Origin: Rhodospirillales bacterium
Lineage (GTDB): Bacteria; Pseudomonadota; Alphaproteobacteria; Bin95
Length of the DNA stretch: 64,000 bases
Direction of reading: 5' to 3'
Assembly (NCBI GenBank): GCA_038143065.1
Contig: JAYQLI010000035.1
Location: forward strand, 2,080,894-2,144,893
Positions 11,202 to 20,376 of the stretch are shown here, piece after piece. The position numbers and the translations under genes are program-made. Every line of letters begins with the position of its first letter. Position 1 is the first letter of the stretch. The notes under the pieces are model-generated. The model was given only the letters and a program-made list of their open reading frames with translations, did no database searches and was not told the DNA's origin.

Positions 11202-12431
11202 TTAGAGTTGTTTGTTAATTATGGCTTCCGCAACGTGCGGCACTGTTAAACGCTTTATAACAAAATCAAGCTTGGGATCCTTTCCACCACCAATTTTGCG
11301 GATCGCTAGCAGAGTTTGTCCCGCTTCAGTTTCATTCCAAAACCATGAGTTGATTTCTGCCGTATTGCCAACTGCTCCTGGCTGAGCGTTAGCTGCTTCC
11401 TGATAAAAAGTTAGAAGGTCGTTAACGCCCAACTTAAAAGTATTTGCAGTTTCGCTACCGGGCAAAAGCGCCCCAGGCTCTTGTCCATCGGCAAAGCTTC
11501 CAAAGAAGTCTGCAAGTTTTTCCGGTTCTAACCCAGTTAACCCAAATCCTGTTCTGCCATGCTTGCGCTTCCACGCTTCATGCCATGGAACAAGAAGTGA
11601 TACCTCCGCAGCTAGCCTTGTTGCATGGGTGTCATGGTCGCTGACTGAAGGGCTATTGAAGCTAACAGGACATACCCAGTTTTCATCATAGCTGGATATG
11701 TTGTTGTCTGGTGGTGCATCTTCAGGAAAGTCATTGAGAACTGGAGTTGCTTGGTTTCCAAGAAGCTTTAGTGCAGCTTTGATGACTCGGCGTTGAAACC
11801 TCGAGTCTCCTGGAGCACCTAAAGGCCGGCCCAGCTCAAATGGCACCCAAAGTGCGCGTGGTGGGCGGATTTTTTCAGCATGCGGCTTTACAAGCGCGAT
11901 GAGGGTTGTTGGTAATCCAGCAGCCTCCAGCTGATGAGCAATTGCGCACACGGCGCGAGTGCAATTTGGTCAAACAGGTAAAAGTAAAATAGCGTCGACT
12001 TTTTCTTGCTTCATCGACTTGGCAATCATATCGATCCCAGGCTTCATCGTTTCAGGATCAGAAGCGCCCATAAAGCTGTAATGGTGATCAGCAACTGTTC
12101 CGATCGTGCCGTCTTCAGCCATCTCACGAAGCCGCTCCAGAGGAAGAACAACATTCCAATCGCGCTGATACCCGGTTCTATCGTAATTGACGGAGATGTG
12201 GCTCATGACGATATCATCAGCTTCAGCATTTCCAGGAATTATCCTGTAATCTGCCGCTCCCATACCAAATGGGCTCTCTCCACGCATAGATAAGCCTGCC
12301 GTGGAGATAAGTGCGACACGACGTTCTGAAAGAGATGGGCCAATCGCAGATGGAGTGTCTTCAAATACCGGTAACGGTAACATTTCGATGTGCTTCCTTA
12401 GTGCCTCCGGCATATCGGATAGTCGAGCCAT
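11202..12431 (-). CDS. GrdB/PrdB-family selenoprotein (glycine/betaine/proline reductase selenoprotein B-like), Sec encoded by UGA at 11972-11970, with a C-terminal extension; 409 aa
   Basis: ORFs 11970..12527 and 11202..11951 are in frame across one TGA: DAILLLPV-U-PNCTRAVCAIAHQLEAAGLPT. GrdB/PrdB motifs RVALISTAG, DWNVVLPLERL, HHYSFMG and PRALWVPFELGRPLG. ATG at 12431 follows GGGGGA. Confidence 0.88.
11940..11969 (-). promoter_or_regulatory. Putative bacterial SECIS element of the GrdB-like gene
   Basis: mRNA after the UGA reads CCAAAUUGCACUC-GCGC-CGUGU-GCGC-AAUU: a 4-bp GC upper stem, a loop starting at +18 with G as second base, and AAUU/AAUU lower pairing. Confidence 0.65.
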
Positions 12432-12616
12432 TTGCTTATTCCCCCGCAATTTTCTGATGGCTGTATTGCAAAAACTACATACCGCCTCTGCGTGTGCTGG
12501 GCAGCCTAAATTATTGCGTAAAGCCACGGTATTCCGTTAGTTTAGAGATTAACGCGCGCAATTTGTAGAAACGCGTGTTGATAAAATTACATGCGTTAAG
12601 TTAGGGGACTGATTAA

Positions 12617-13596
12617 ATGAAAGTGAACGCGTTCGTCTTCGAAAAACCTGGTGCTGCTGGTGTTATGAAATGGCGCACCTTTGAGCTAGGTGATCCTGGT
12701 CCTGGCGAAGCATTAGTGCGTCACACCGCTATCGGTCTGAACTACATTGATGTTTACCATCGTTCTGGTCTTTATCCGCTGCAGTTTCCAAGTGGTCTTG
12801 GTCTTGAGGCGGCTGGAGTCGTTGAGGCCGTTGGTAAGGGCGTAACTCACGTAAAAAAGGCGACCGCGTAGCATATGGAACCGGAACGCTAGGAGCCTAT
12901 TCTGAAGCCAGAATAATGCCGGCTCAGCACCTTTTGAAATTGCCAAATGGCATTTCTGATGAAGAAGGTGCTGCCATGATGCTGAAGGGGAGGACCGTAG
13001 AGTACCTCTTTAATCGGACCTACAAGGTTAAAAAAGATGAGTGGGTATTGTTCCAAGCCGCAGCTGGAGGAGTTGGTCTTATCGCTGGTCAGTGGTTGGC
13101 TGCAGTTGGGGCTCATGGAATTGGCACTGCCGGTGGCCCCAAAAAGGTGAAACTCGCCAAGGAGCATGGCTTTGAGCAAGTTATCGATTACAAGAAAACG
13201 CAAAATATTGCTGACCGAGTAAAGAAGATAACAAAGGGTGCTGGAGTGCCGGTCGTTTTCGATAGTGTGGGCAAGGATACTTGGGTGCAATCATTGAACA
13301 GCTTAGCCCCGCGCGGGCTGATGGTCAGTTTCGGTAATGCTTCTGGTCCTGTGCCAGAGTTTGGTCTTGGGGAACTCGCAAGTCGAGGGTCTTTATACGT
13401 TACCCGACCATCTCTTGTGGCTTATACCTCTACTCGCCAGGAGCTCGAAAAATCAGCAAGAGCTCTTTTCAAGATGGTAACGTCAGGAGCAGTAAAAATT
13501 GAAGTGAACCAGACTTATCCATTGAAAGAAGCACCGCAAGCTCACCGTGATTTAGAAGGTCGTAAAACAACTGGTTCGACCATCTTTATACCTTAA
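12617..13596 (+). CDS. qor: NADPH:quinone oxidoreductase (zeta-crystallin/MDR family); apparent frameshift at about 12853-12859 (A run)
   Basis: GLNYIDVYHRSGLY, AAAGGVG and FGNASG motifs. Adding one A restores HVKKGDRVAY. Confidence 0.9.
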
Positions 13597-13614
13597 AGGC
13601 AGCCTATGCCTCGT

Positions 13615-13649
13615 AAACTGGCTCCAGTCACTTTGACTGGGGCCAGTTT
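13615..13649. terminator. Bidirectional intrinsic terminator between convergent qor and CMD-family genes
   Basis: Inverted repeat AAACTGGCTCCAGTCA-CTT-TGACTGGGGCCAGTTT. Confidence 0.8.
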
Positions 13650-13667
13650 CTATGGATTAACTGAGGT

Positions 13668-14216
13668 TTATTTAGGTAGTGGGTGCGCATCTAAGTGAGG
13701 CTGATAGCTTGGTTCTACGTCCACTCCAAGTGAGGCCAAAAGCCGAACGACGCCGCAATAAAAAGCTATCACAATCACTAAATCGACCATTAGTTCATTA
13801 CTAAGGTCTTCGGACAGTTGGTTATAAGTGGTTTCGGCCATTTCACCGTTTGTAGCCATTTCTCGAGCAGCCTGTAGGGCTAATCGGTAAAGCTTTGGAA
13901 GCTGGGTTTTTTCTCCTGCGGTCTCGAGTTTGACAGCTTTAATCTCGGTATCTGAGAGACCAAAATCCTTCCCAATTTTCACATGATGAGACCACTCATA
14001 TGGACTTTTGGATAACCAACCTACTTGAAGTATGGCAAGTTCCCGCAGTTTGGGATCTAGACGTGAGCCAAATCTAATCCAACTCCCAACTTTACCAAAA
14101 GCTTTGGCACCCTCTGGTGAGTGGGCCAGCGCTCTGTGGAGGTTAATAGGCCTTTTCAGTATCTCTTGGTCGTTTTCAGCGAGATCTTTAGCATCGAGGT
14201 AAGGTAAGCGTGCCAT
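13668..14216 (-). CDS. Carboxymuconolactone decarboxylase (CMD/AhpD-like) family protein
   Basis: LDPKLRELAILQVG...YEWSHH motif; no CxxC. Confidence 0.85.
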   Translation of the reverse strand: MARLPYLDAKDLAENDQEILKRPINLHRALAHSPEGAKAFGKVGSWIRFGSRLDPKLRELAILQVGWLSKSPYEWSHHVKIGKDFGLSDTEIKAVKLETAGEKTQLPKLYRLALQAAREMATNGEMAETTYNQLSEDLSNELMVDLVIVIAFYCGVVRLLASLGVDVEPSYQPHLDAHPLPK

Positions 14217-14217
14217 G

Positions 14218-15390
14218 TTAAGCAGTCTCCGCCAAAAATGAAGCAGCCGCGTCAAGCGCGCCGGCGCCATGGGGCACCTTTAGATGCTTCAACGTTAAAT
14301 CAATGCCAGCCAGGGCGCCCATTATCATTGGTTCATTAAGGTCACCCATGTGGCCAATTCTGAAAGCTTTATCAGCCAGCACGTGTAGCCCTCCGCCGAG
14401 GCTAACGTTGAAACGCTCTCTCGCTACTTGGCGAATAGTGTTCATGTCAGTTTGTCCCACCTGGCGAACACATGTGATAGAATTTGAGCGTGATTTTGGG
14501 TCCACAGTATTAAATTCAAGCGCCCCACCTTCTGCCCAGCGCGCAACGGCAGTTCTCGTAGCTTCAGCAAGCCGTGCGTGGCGCTCAATAATGTTATCAA
14601 GTCCTTCTAATCGAACTTTCTCCATGACCTTCATTAGACCCCAAACCATGTGCATGGGTGCTGTTCCGCAGAAGCGTCTATAGGTCTCCATCGCCATTCG
14701 GCTTTTCCAGGACCAATATTCTCTATGAGAAGTGCAAGCTTCAGAAGCTGCAAGTGCCTTAGGTCCTGCGGCGGTAAACGAAATACCAATGGGCATCATC
14801 AAGCCTTTTTGAGAGGCTGCTATCACGCAGTCAATTCCACTCTCATCCATATCCAATTTATGGCACCCAAAAGATGCAATTGCGTCTACAACAAAGAGTG
14901 CAGGGTGGCCAGAGGCATCGATAGCCTCTCGAATAGCTTCCAAATTACTAACAGCGCCGGTCGCGGTCTCCACGTGTACGGCCAAGACAGCTTTAATTTT
15001 CTTTTCTGTATCTTGTCTCAATGCGTCTTCAACAGCTTGGGGATCGATTGGTGAGCGCCAATCATTATTTAATCTGACTGTCGAAATGCCGAATGCCTTT
15101 ACCATGTCATCCCAAACGAGGGAGAACTGCCCGGTATCTGGCATCAAAACTTTATCGCCCGGTGACAGCAAATTGACAATTGAGGCCTCCCAGGCGCCAT
15201 GACCATTGGCGATATAGGCGAAAACTTCACCCTTTGTGCGAAAGAGGTCTTTCAGTTCTTCGAACATCCTAAGCATCGTTTCCATAAACTCAGGAGCAGA
15301 GAAATCTTCTGCAGGTCGATGCATTGCGTTAAGCACATCTTCTGGGATGTTGGTTGGGCCCGGGGTGTGTAGAAACATTCGACCTGGCAT
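14218..15390 (-). CDS. Class V PLP aminotransferase (serine--glyoxylate/alanine--glyoxylate aminotransferase-like)
   Basis: TPGPTN, HVETATG, VDAIAS, ASQKGLM (PLP lysine) and FRIGHMG motifs. Confidence 0.9.
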   Translation of the reverse strand: MPGRMFLHTPGPTNIPEDVLNAMHRPAEDFSAPEFMETMLRMFEELKDLFRTKGEVFAYIANGHGAWEASIVNLLSPGDKVLMPDTGQFSLVWDDMVKAFGISTVRLNNDWRSPIDPQAVEDALRQDTEKKIKAVLAVHVETATGAVSNLEAIREAIDASGHPALFVVDAIASFGCHKLDMDESGIDCVIAASQKGLMMPIGISFTAAGPKALAASEACTSHREYWSWKSRMAMETYRRFCGTAPMHMVWGLMKVMEKVRLEGLDNIIERHARLAEATRTAVARWAEGGALEFNTVDPKSRSNSITCVRQVGQTDMNTIRQVARERFNVSLGGGLHVLADKAFRIGHMGDLNEPMIMGALAGIDLTLKHLKVPHGAGALDAAASFLAETA

Positions 15391-15427
15391 TACAACCTCT
15401 CAGTGATCGTTTTTAAGAAAATGGGAA

Positions 15428-15450
15428 GGGCGACAGAAAAACTGTCGCCC
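15428..15450 (-). terminator. Intrinsic terminator downstream of rne
   Basis: Perfect 9-bp stem GGGCGACAG-AAAAA-CTGTCGCCC followed by a T-rich tract on the minus strand. Confidence 0.75.
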
Positions 15451-15465
15451 AAGTCAAAGATGTTG

Positions 15466-18066
15466 CTATGAACGTAGTCGGCGCCACCATCCAGTACGTG
15501 GTGGTCCAGAAGGTTTAGATTCTGTCTCTTCCTGCGCAGCAGGTGTTTCAGGCGGTGTATCTGAACTAATTTCCGCTGAACTATGCTCTAGCTCACTTGC
15601 AGGTGCTACCTGCTTATCTACTTCGCCTGCTGAAGCCCCCGTAGGAAATTCTTGTACATCATCATTGGAAGTAGGTTCAGATTTTAATTCTACGCCATCA
15701 ACATTCTCGTTGATGTCCTTGCTGGAATCGTTGACTCCACTTCTACGGCGCCGGCGACGGCGCGGGTTCTTTTGTTCTACTTCACTATCTTCGGCAACTG
15801 CATTAACTGGCTCATTTTCAGAGATTCCATCAGAAATTTCTGGAGTATCGCTCTCTACACTTTTACGACGGCGTGGTCGTCGATTTTTTTTCTCACCATC
15901 TTTGGAAACGGTATCGTCTCGTTCATTTTCAGAGCTCCCATTAGAAATTTCTGAGGTATCGTTCTCCGCACTTTTACGGCGGCGTCCGCCGCGGCGTCCA
16001 CGACGACGACGACGATTACCATTCTCATCATCATCTTCTTTGGCCGTTTCTGGGGACTGGTGCTCGTCTCTGATGTTGACTTCTTCGGTTTCTTGAGACT
16101 CTTCTATATTTCTTTCATCGACACGTTTGCGACTACGTCTGCGGTTTTGGGGTGAGCGGTCGTCTGCTGCATCCTCTTTCTGGTCGTGTCTACTATTGTA
16201 AGCGTTATCTTGGTTCCTTTCGGAGACGTCATTTTGTCCGCTACTACGCCCAATAACTTCTACAATACGCTCATGCGCTGCTAGAGTATCATCTGGGGTG
16301 AACAACAAGCGCACCCCGTAAACCTCTTCGATACGCCGCACCCCGTCTCGCTTATGATTAAGCAAGTAAACAATGGTTTCGGTTGCTGTTTTGACGGCAA
16401 TATCAACACCACCCCCTTCATGAAACGCACAATCCTCAGCCGCTCGAAGTAAGCCGAGTGCATTAGACTCAACACTTCGAACCCGTCCAAGGCCAGCGCA
16501 CATTTCACACTCGTGGAAGTTGGTTTCAAACATGGAAGGACGCAGCCGCTGCCGCGATAATTCAACGAGTCCTAAAGGACTCATTCTGCCAACATGAACA
16601 CGAGCTCGGTCAGCCTTTATTGATTCCTTTAGCTTGCGTTCTACGGCAGCATTATTACGCCGTTCGTCCATATCAATGAAATCTATAACAACTATGCCGG
16701 CCAGCTCACGTAAACGCAGTTGACGTGCAGCTTCAACTGCCGCTTCTAGATTTGTTTTGAGAGCGGTCTCTTCAATATTTCTCTCCCGAGTAGAACGGCC
16801 AGAGTTAACATCGATTGCGACTAATGCTTCTGTCTGATTGATTACAAGATATCCACCAGAGGGTAACCGAACGATTGGGTGAAAAAGGCTCTCTAGGCGA
16901 CCTTCAACGCCCCTTGCTTGGAAAAGTGGCACTGGGTCTTTGTATGGCTGTACTCGCTTAGCATGGCTCGGCATGAGAGATCGCATGAAGTCTTTAGCTT
17001 CGCGATAGCAGTCATCCCCCTCTACGAGAACCTCATCGACATCTCGGCCATATAGATCACGAATTGCACGTTTTACCAGACTTGCTTCTTCATAAATTAG
17101 TGCGGGTGCAGAAGAGCTGAGAGTACGCTCCCTTATTTCATCCCATAGCCGAAGGAGAAATTCATGATCCCTTTTTAACTCTGCCTTAGTGCGTTGTACT
17201 CCAGCTGTTCTGACAATGGTTGCCATCCCTCCTGGTAAATCGAGGTCATCAATCAAGCTTTTCAGACGCTTTCTATCGTTTGCGTCTGTGATTTTTCGGG
17301 ATATGCCACCGCCATTGCCTGTGTTTGGCATTAAAACACAATAGCGGCCAGCTAGAGAGATAAATGTAGTCATTGCGGCACCCTTGCCACCACGCTCTTC
17401 CTTGCCAACCTGGACGAGCATTATCTGACCACGTTTAATAACTTCCTGTATTTTGTATCGATTATTGGATGGGTGGCGGCGGCGTTGTTGTCTACGGCGG
17501 GACCTACCTCGATTGCGGTCATGATCTCTACCTTCGTCTAACTCACCGTCTTCCGTATCTTCCTCTTCGGCGACTTCCTGGCTTTCAGTGTGCTCAACTT
17601 TGCTGCCGTCTAGCAGCTCTATGTTGGACTCAATTTCATCAACTTGTTCTAAATTTTGATCCTCAGATATTTCTAGGGATGGCGCTTCCGTTACATTGTC
17701 ATCGTCTGCTGCCCCTGTTGGGCTTTCAACATCATCTTCATTAGACACGTCATCATTTTGGACAAGACGATCTTGCTGTTCAGCAGCGGTTTCCGCAAGC
17801 AGAGCTTCTCGATCAGCTATGGGAATACGGTAATAATCGGGATGAATTTCGCTGAATGGCAAGAAACCATGACGATTACCACCGTAGCTTACGAAGGCGG
17901 CCTGCAGAGATGGTTCTACTCGCGTTACTTTTGCGAGATAAATATTGCCTTTGAGCGTCCGAAGGGATGCACTCTCAAAGTCAAATTCTTCCAGCCCGTT
18001 GGGGCCAATCACGACGACGCGCGTTTCTTCGCTGTGCGCAGCGTCTATCAGCATTGATTTGGACAT
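15466..18066 (-). CDS. rne: Ribonuclease E
   Basis: GNIYLAKVTRVEPSLQAAFV, IDVNSG, DFIDM and Zn-link CEMC motifs; acidic/Arg-rich disordered tail ending in GWW. Confidence 0.97.
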   Translation of the reverse strand: MSKSMLIDAAHSEETRVVVIGPNGLEEFDFESASLRTLKGNIYLAKVTRVEPSLQAAFVSYGGNRHGFLPFSEIHPDYYRIPIADREALLAETAAEQQDRLVQNDDVSNEDDVESPTGAADDDNVTEAPSLEISEDQNLEQVDEIESNIELLDGSKVEHTESQEVAEEEDTEDGELDEGRDHDRNRGRSRRRQQRRRHPSNNRYKIQEVIKRGQIMLVQVGKEERGGKGAAMTTFISLAGRYCVLMPNTGNGGGISRKITDANDRKRLKSLIDDLDLPGGMATIVRTAGVQRTKAELKRDHEFLLRLWDEIRERTLSSSAPALIYEEASLVKRAIRDLYGRDVDEVLVEGDDCYREAKDFMRSLMPSHAKRVQPYKDPVPLFQARGVEGRLESLFHPIVRLPSGGYLVINQTEALVAIDVNSGRSTRERNIEETALKTNLEAAVEAARQLRLRELAGIVVIDFIDMDERRNNAAVERKLKESIKADRARVHVGRMSPLGLVELSRQRLRPSMFETNFHECEMCAGLGRVRSVESNALGLLRAAEDCAFHEGGGVDIAVKTATETIVYLLNHKRDGVRRIEEVYGVRLLFTPDDTLAAHERIVEVIGRSSGQNDVSERNQDNAYNSRHDQKEDAADDRSPQNRRRSRKRVDERNIEESQETEEVNIRDEHQSPETAKEDDDENGNRRRRRGRRGGRRRKSAENDTSEISNGSSENERDDTVSKDGEKKNRRPRRRKSVESDTPEISDGISENEPVNAVAEDSEVEQKNPRRRRRRRSGVNDSSKDINENVDGVELKSEPTSNDDVQEFPTGASAGEVDKQVAPASELEHSSAEISSDTPPETPAAQEETESKPSGPPRTGWWRRLRS
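15811..15985. repeat. Imperfect direct repeat (2 copies of about 64 nt, period 111 nt) inside the rne C-terminal disordered region
   Basis: 15811-15874 versus 15922-15985, about 10 mismatches by manual count; encodes RRRKSAENDTSEISNGSSENE and RRRKSVESDTPEISDGISENE. Confidence 0.85.
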
Positions 18067-18504
18067 CTAATGTTTTCTCCAGCGCGATGCTGAAGCCAAT
18101 TTTCCGACCAGGCTCTGCCAAATGGTTAACTCCGTGCGTTCGAAAAAGAACGTGACGAGTGCCTTTACTATCTGCTTGGCAATATATTTCGGTCATGCGG
18201 GCTCCAGGTGTGCGCGCAAAGTTAATTCTGCGTTCGGAATCGTTCAGCCGCGCTAAGGTTTTAACCTTGTCAGCGCGATGCTGATCGACCTTCGTCGTCT
18301 CACTAGGGCACTTGCGATGTGAAGAGCCAAGTGGCGCGTCGAAATAAATCCTTTTCAATATGTATAGGTAGAAGTGGAAACCAACAACAAAAATCGGCAG
18401 CAATTCGATCTGAAATATTTTTCCAGGTCCAACTATTTAGGAATTATGTCGGTTTAAAAGGACTGTTCAGTAAAAAATCAGGGATTTTTTGGGTTAGAAA
18501 AGGG

Positions 18505-20043
18505 TTAATTCTCTGTCTCCCTGGCCAACAGATTTCGCAACTCTGTTTTTAGAACCTTGCCGTAATTATTTTTAGGCAAGCTTTGAACAAAACGATAACT
18601 TTTGGGTCTTTTGAACCTCGCGATAAGATCCTGGCAATGTAAATCCAGTGACTTATCGTCAACTCCCATATTTGGGTGGGCTACAATGTACGCTAAAACG
18701 TTTTCGCCCCACTCTTCATCTGGCTCACCAATAACTGATACTTCACTTATGCCAGGATGGGCTAAAAGCGCTTCTTCTACTTCTCTGGGATATATATTGG
18801 TACCGCCTGAAATTATCATGTCCTTTGAACGATCTCTTAGTGTCAGATAACCCTCAGAATCTAAGAATCCGACATCACCAGTATGCAACCAGCCATTTCT
18901 GAGAGTTTCAGCAGATGCTGCTGGATTTTCCCAGTAACCCGACATCACTACGTCGCTTCGAACGCAAATTTCCCCAACCTCTCCTATGGACGCGGGCTGA
19001 TCATTTTCGTCAGCAACCATTACCTCCACATTTGTAATAGCCCGGCCCACCGAAGCTATATGAGCTTCGTAATTCGGGTGATTCACATCAGAAATGTCTA
19101 CCCGAGGCAGGCAGGTGATTGTCATTGGGCACTCACCTTGGCCATAAATTTGCACAAGAACGTCACCAAACGCAGATTTGGCTGCCTTGCAGTCCTCTAC
19201 GTACATTGGACCACCACCATATACGATCGTTTTCCAGTTTCTGCAGTCGGCGGTTGAAAGGCTTGGGTGTTCAATAAGGCGCTTTACCATAGTCGGCGCT
19301 GCAAACATCCCAGCTTTTGGGAGCTCTGGAAGAAGATCAAATATCTCTGGCGGATCGAACTTTCCGCTTTCCGGCACTACTTGAGAAGCCATTCCCGCAA
19401 CGTAAGGTATTCCATAAAGACCCCCTCCATGAGACATGGGGGCTGCGTGAAGCCAATGCTCTCCTTCAGCAGGCACATCCACATCTGAAAAGTAAGCAAG
19501 TGAACACCCCAAAAGATTTCGATTTGTAAGAGTTGCCCCTTTTGGTCTTCCTGTAGTGCCAGAAGTGTAGAAAAGCCAAGCAGGGTCTTCGGCTCGACGT
19601 GAAACAATACCTAGAGGATCTTCTTGGAAGATTTTGGAGTATTCAGCGGAGTTTGCGAGTATTAATCTCTCGCAAAGGGGTAAATCGCTCATTATACCAC
19701 TCAATCCGTTGAGTAAATCATCTGTAGTAAAACAGATTTTTGCCCCTGAATTTTCGAGGATATATTCGATTTCCCTGGGATGCAGTTTGGCGTTTATAGG
19801 AACAGCAACCAGACCAGCTAACCAACATCCAAATAGAACTTCTAAAAATTCTACGCAATTTGTCATTGCAAGACCGACCCGATCTCCCGGCTTTAAATTA
19901 ACGGTTTCCGTCAACCACCGTGCGATAGAGCCAGAACGCTGCGCGAATTTTGCATAAGAAGCTACGGAAGTTGTGCCCCGCTTTATGGCGATTGTATTTG
20001 GCCTGGCACGGGCTGCCCGAAGCAGGAGGTGGGCGATGTTCAT
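18505..20043 (-). CDS. AMP-binding acyl-CoA synthetase (long-chain fatty acid--CoA ligase family)
   Basis: YTSGTTGRPKG, YGQGE, WLHTGD and LPKNNYGK motifs. Confidence 0.92.
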   Translation of the reverse strand: MNIAHLLLRAARARPNTIAIKRGTTSVASYAKFAQRSGSIARWLTETVNLKPGDRVGLAMTNCVEFLEVLFGCWLAGLVAVPINAKLHPREIEYILENSGAKICFTTDDLLNGLSGIMSDLPLCERLILANSAEYSKIFQEDPLGIVSRRAEDPAWLFYTSGTTGRPKGATLTNRNLLGCSLAYFSDVDVPAEGEHWLHAAPMSHGGGLYGIPYVAGMASQVVPESGKFDPPEIFDLLPELPKAGMFAAPTMVKRLIEHPSLSTADCRNWKTIVYGGGPMYVEDCKAAKSAFGDVLVQIYGQGECPMTITCLPRVDISDVNHPNYEAHIASVGRAITNVEVMVADENDQPASIGEVGEICVRSDVVMSGYWENPAASAETLRNGWLHTGDVGFLDSEGYLTLRDRSKDMIISGGTNIYPREVEEALLAHPGISEVSVIGEPDEEWGENVLAYIVAHPNMGVDDKSLDLHCQDLIARFKRPKSYRFVQSLPKNNYGKVLKTELRNLLARETEN

Positions 20044-20246
20044 TAGATGCCTCTCCAGTGTTTATTTTTTATTACAATAAATATACGCGCAGCTGTCTAA
20101 TAAAATGCTCGAGCGTCAGGTCTAAAGTCTGAAGATAATCTTATTTATTATTATCCGGGAAATAAATTTATGCTCGGTAAGTGTCCTGTGATACCAGAGA
20201 ATAAACTTAATTCGTGCTTACGAGAGCTTTCAACTCAACGATTACA

Positions 20247-20275
20247 TTGACAAAAACACAAATTTTAATTAACTG
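20247..20275 (+). promoter_or_regulatory. Candidate sigma70 promoter for the DEAD-box helicase
   Basis: Perfect -35 TTGACA at 20247, a 17-nt AT-rich spacer, then TAACTG as an imperfect -10. Confidence 0.45.
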
Positions 20276-20376
20276 GACCGCGATTATCTATCGTTGTGTT
20301 GCGATAGATCCAGTCTTAGTGGTTTTCACGAAAGCCCTTTTTTCCCAATAATTGATTAGTGATTGTTTAAACCCGC

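Noticed and set aside
17981-18403. 140-aa ORF upstream of and overlapping rne
   Set aside because: No family motifs, atypical composition and overlap with the rne start; more likely leader sequence.
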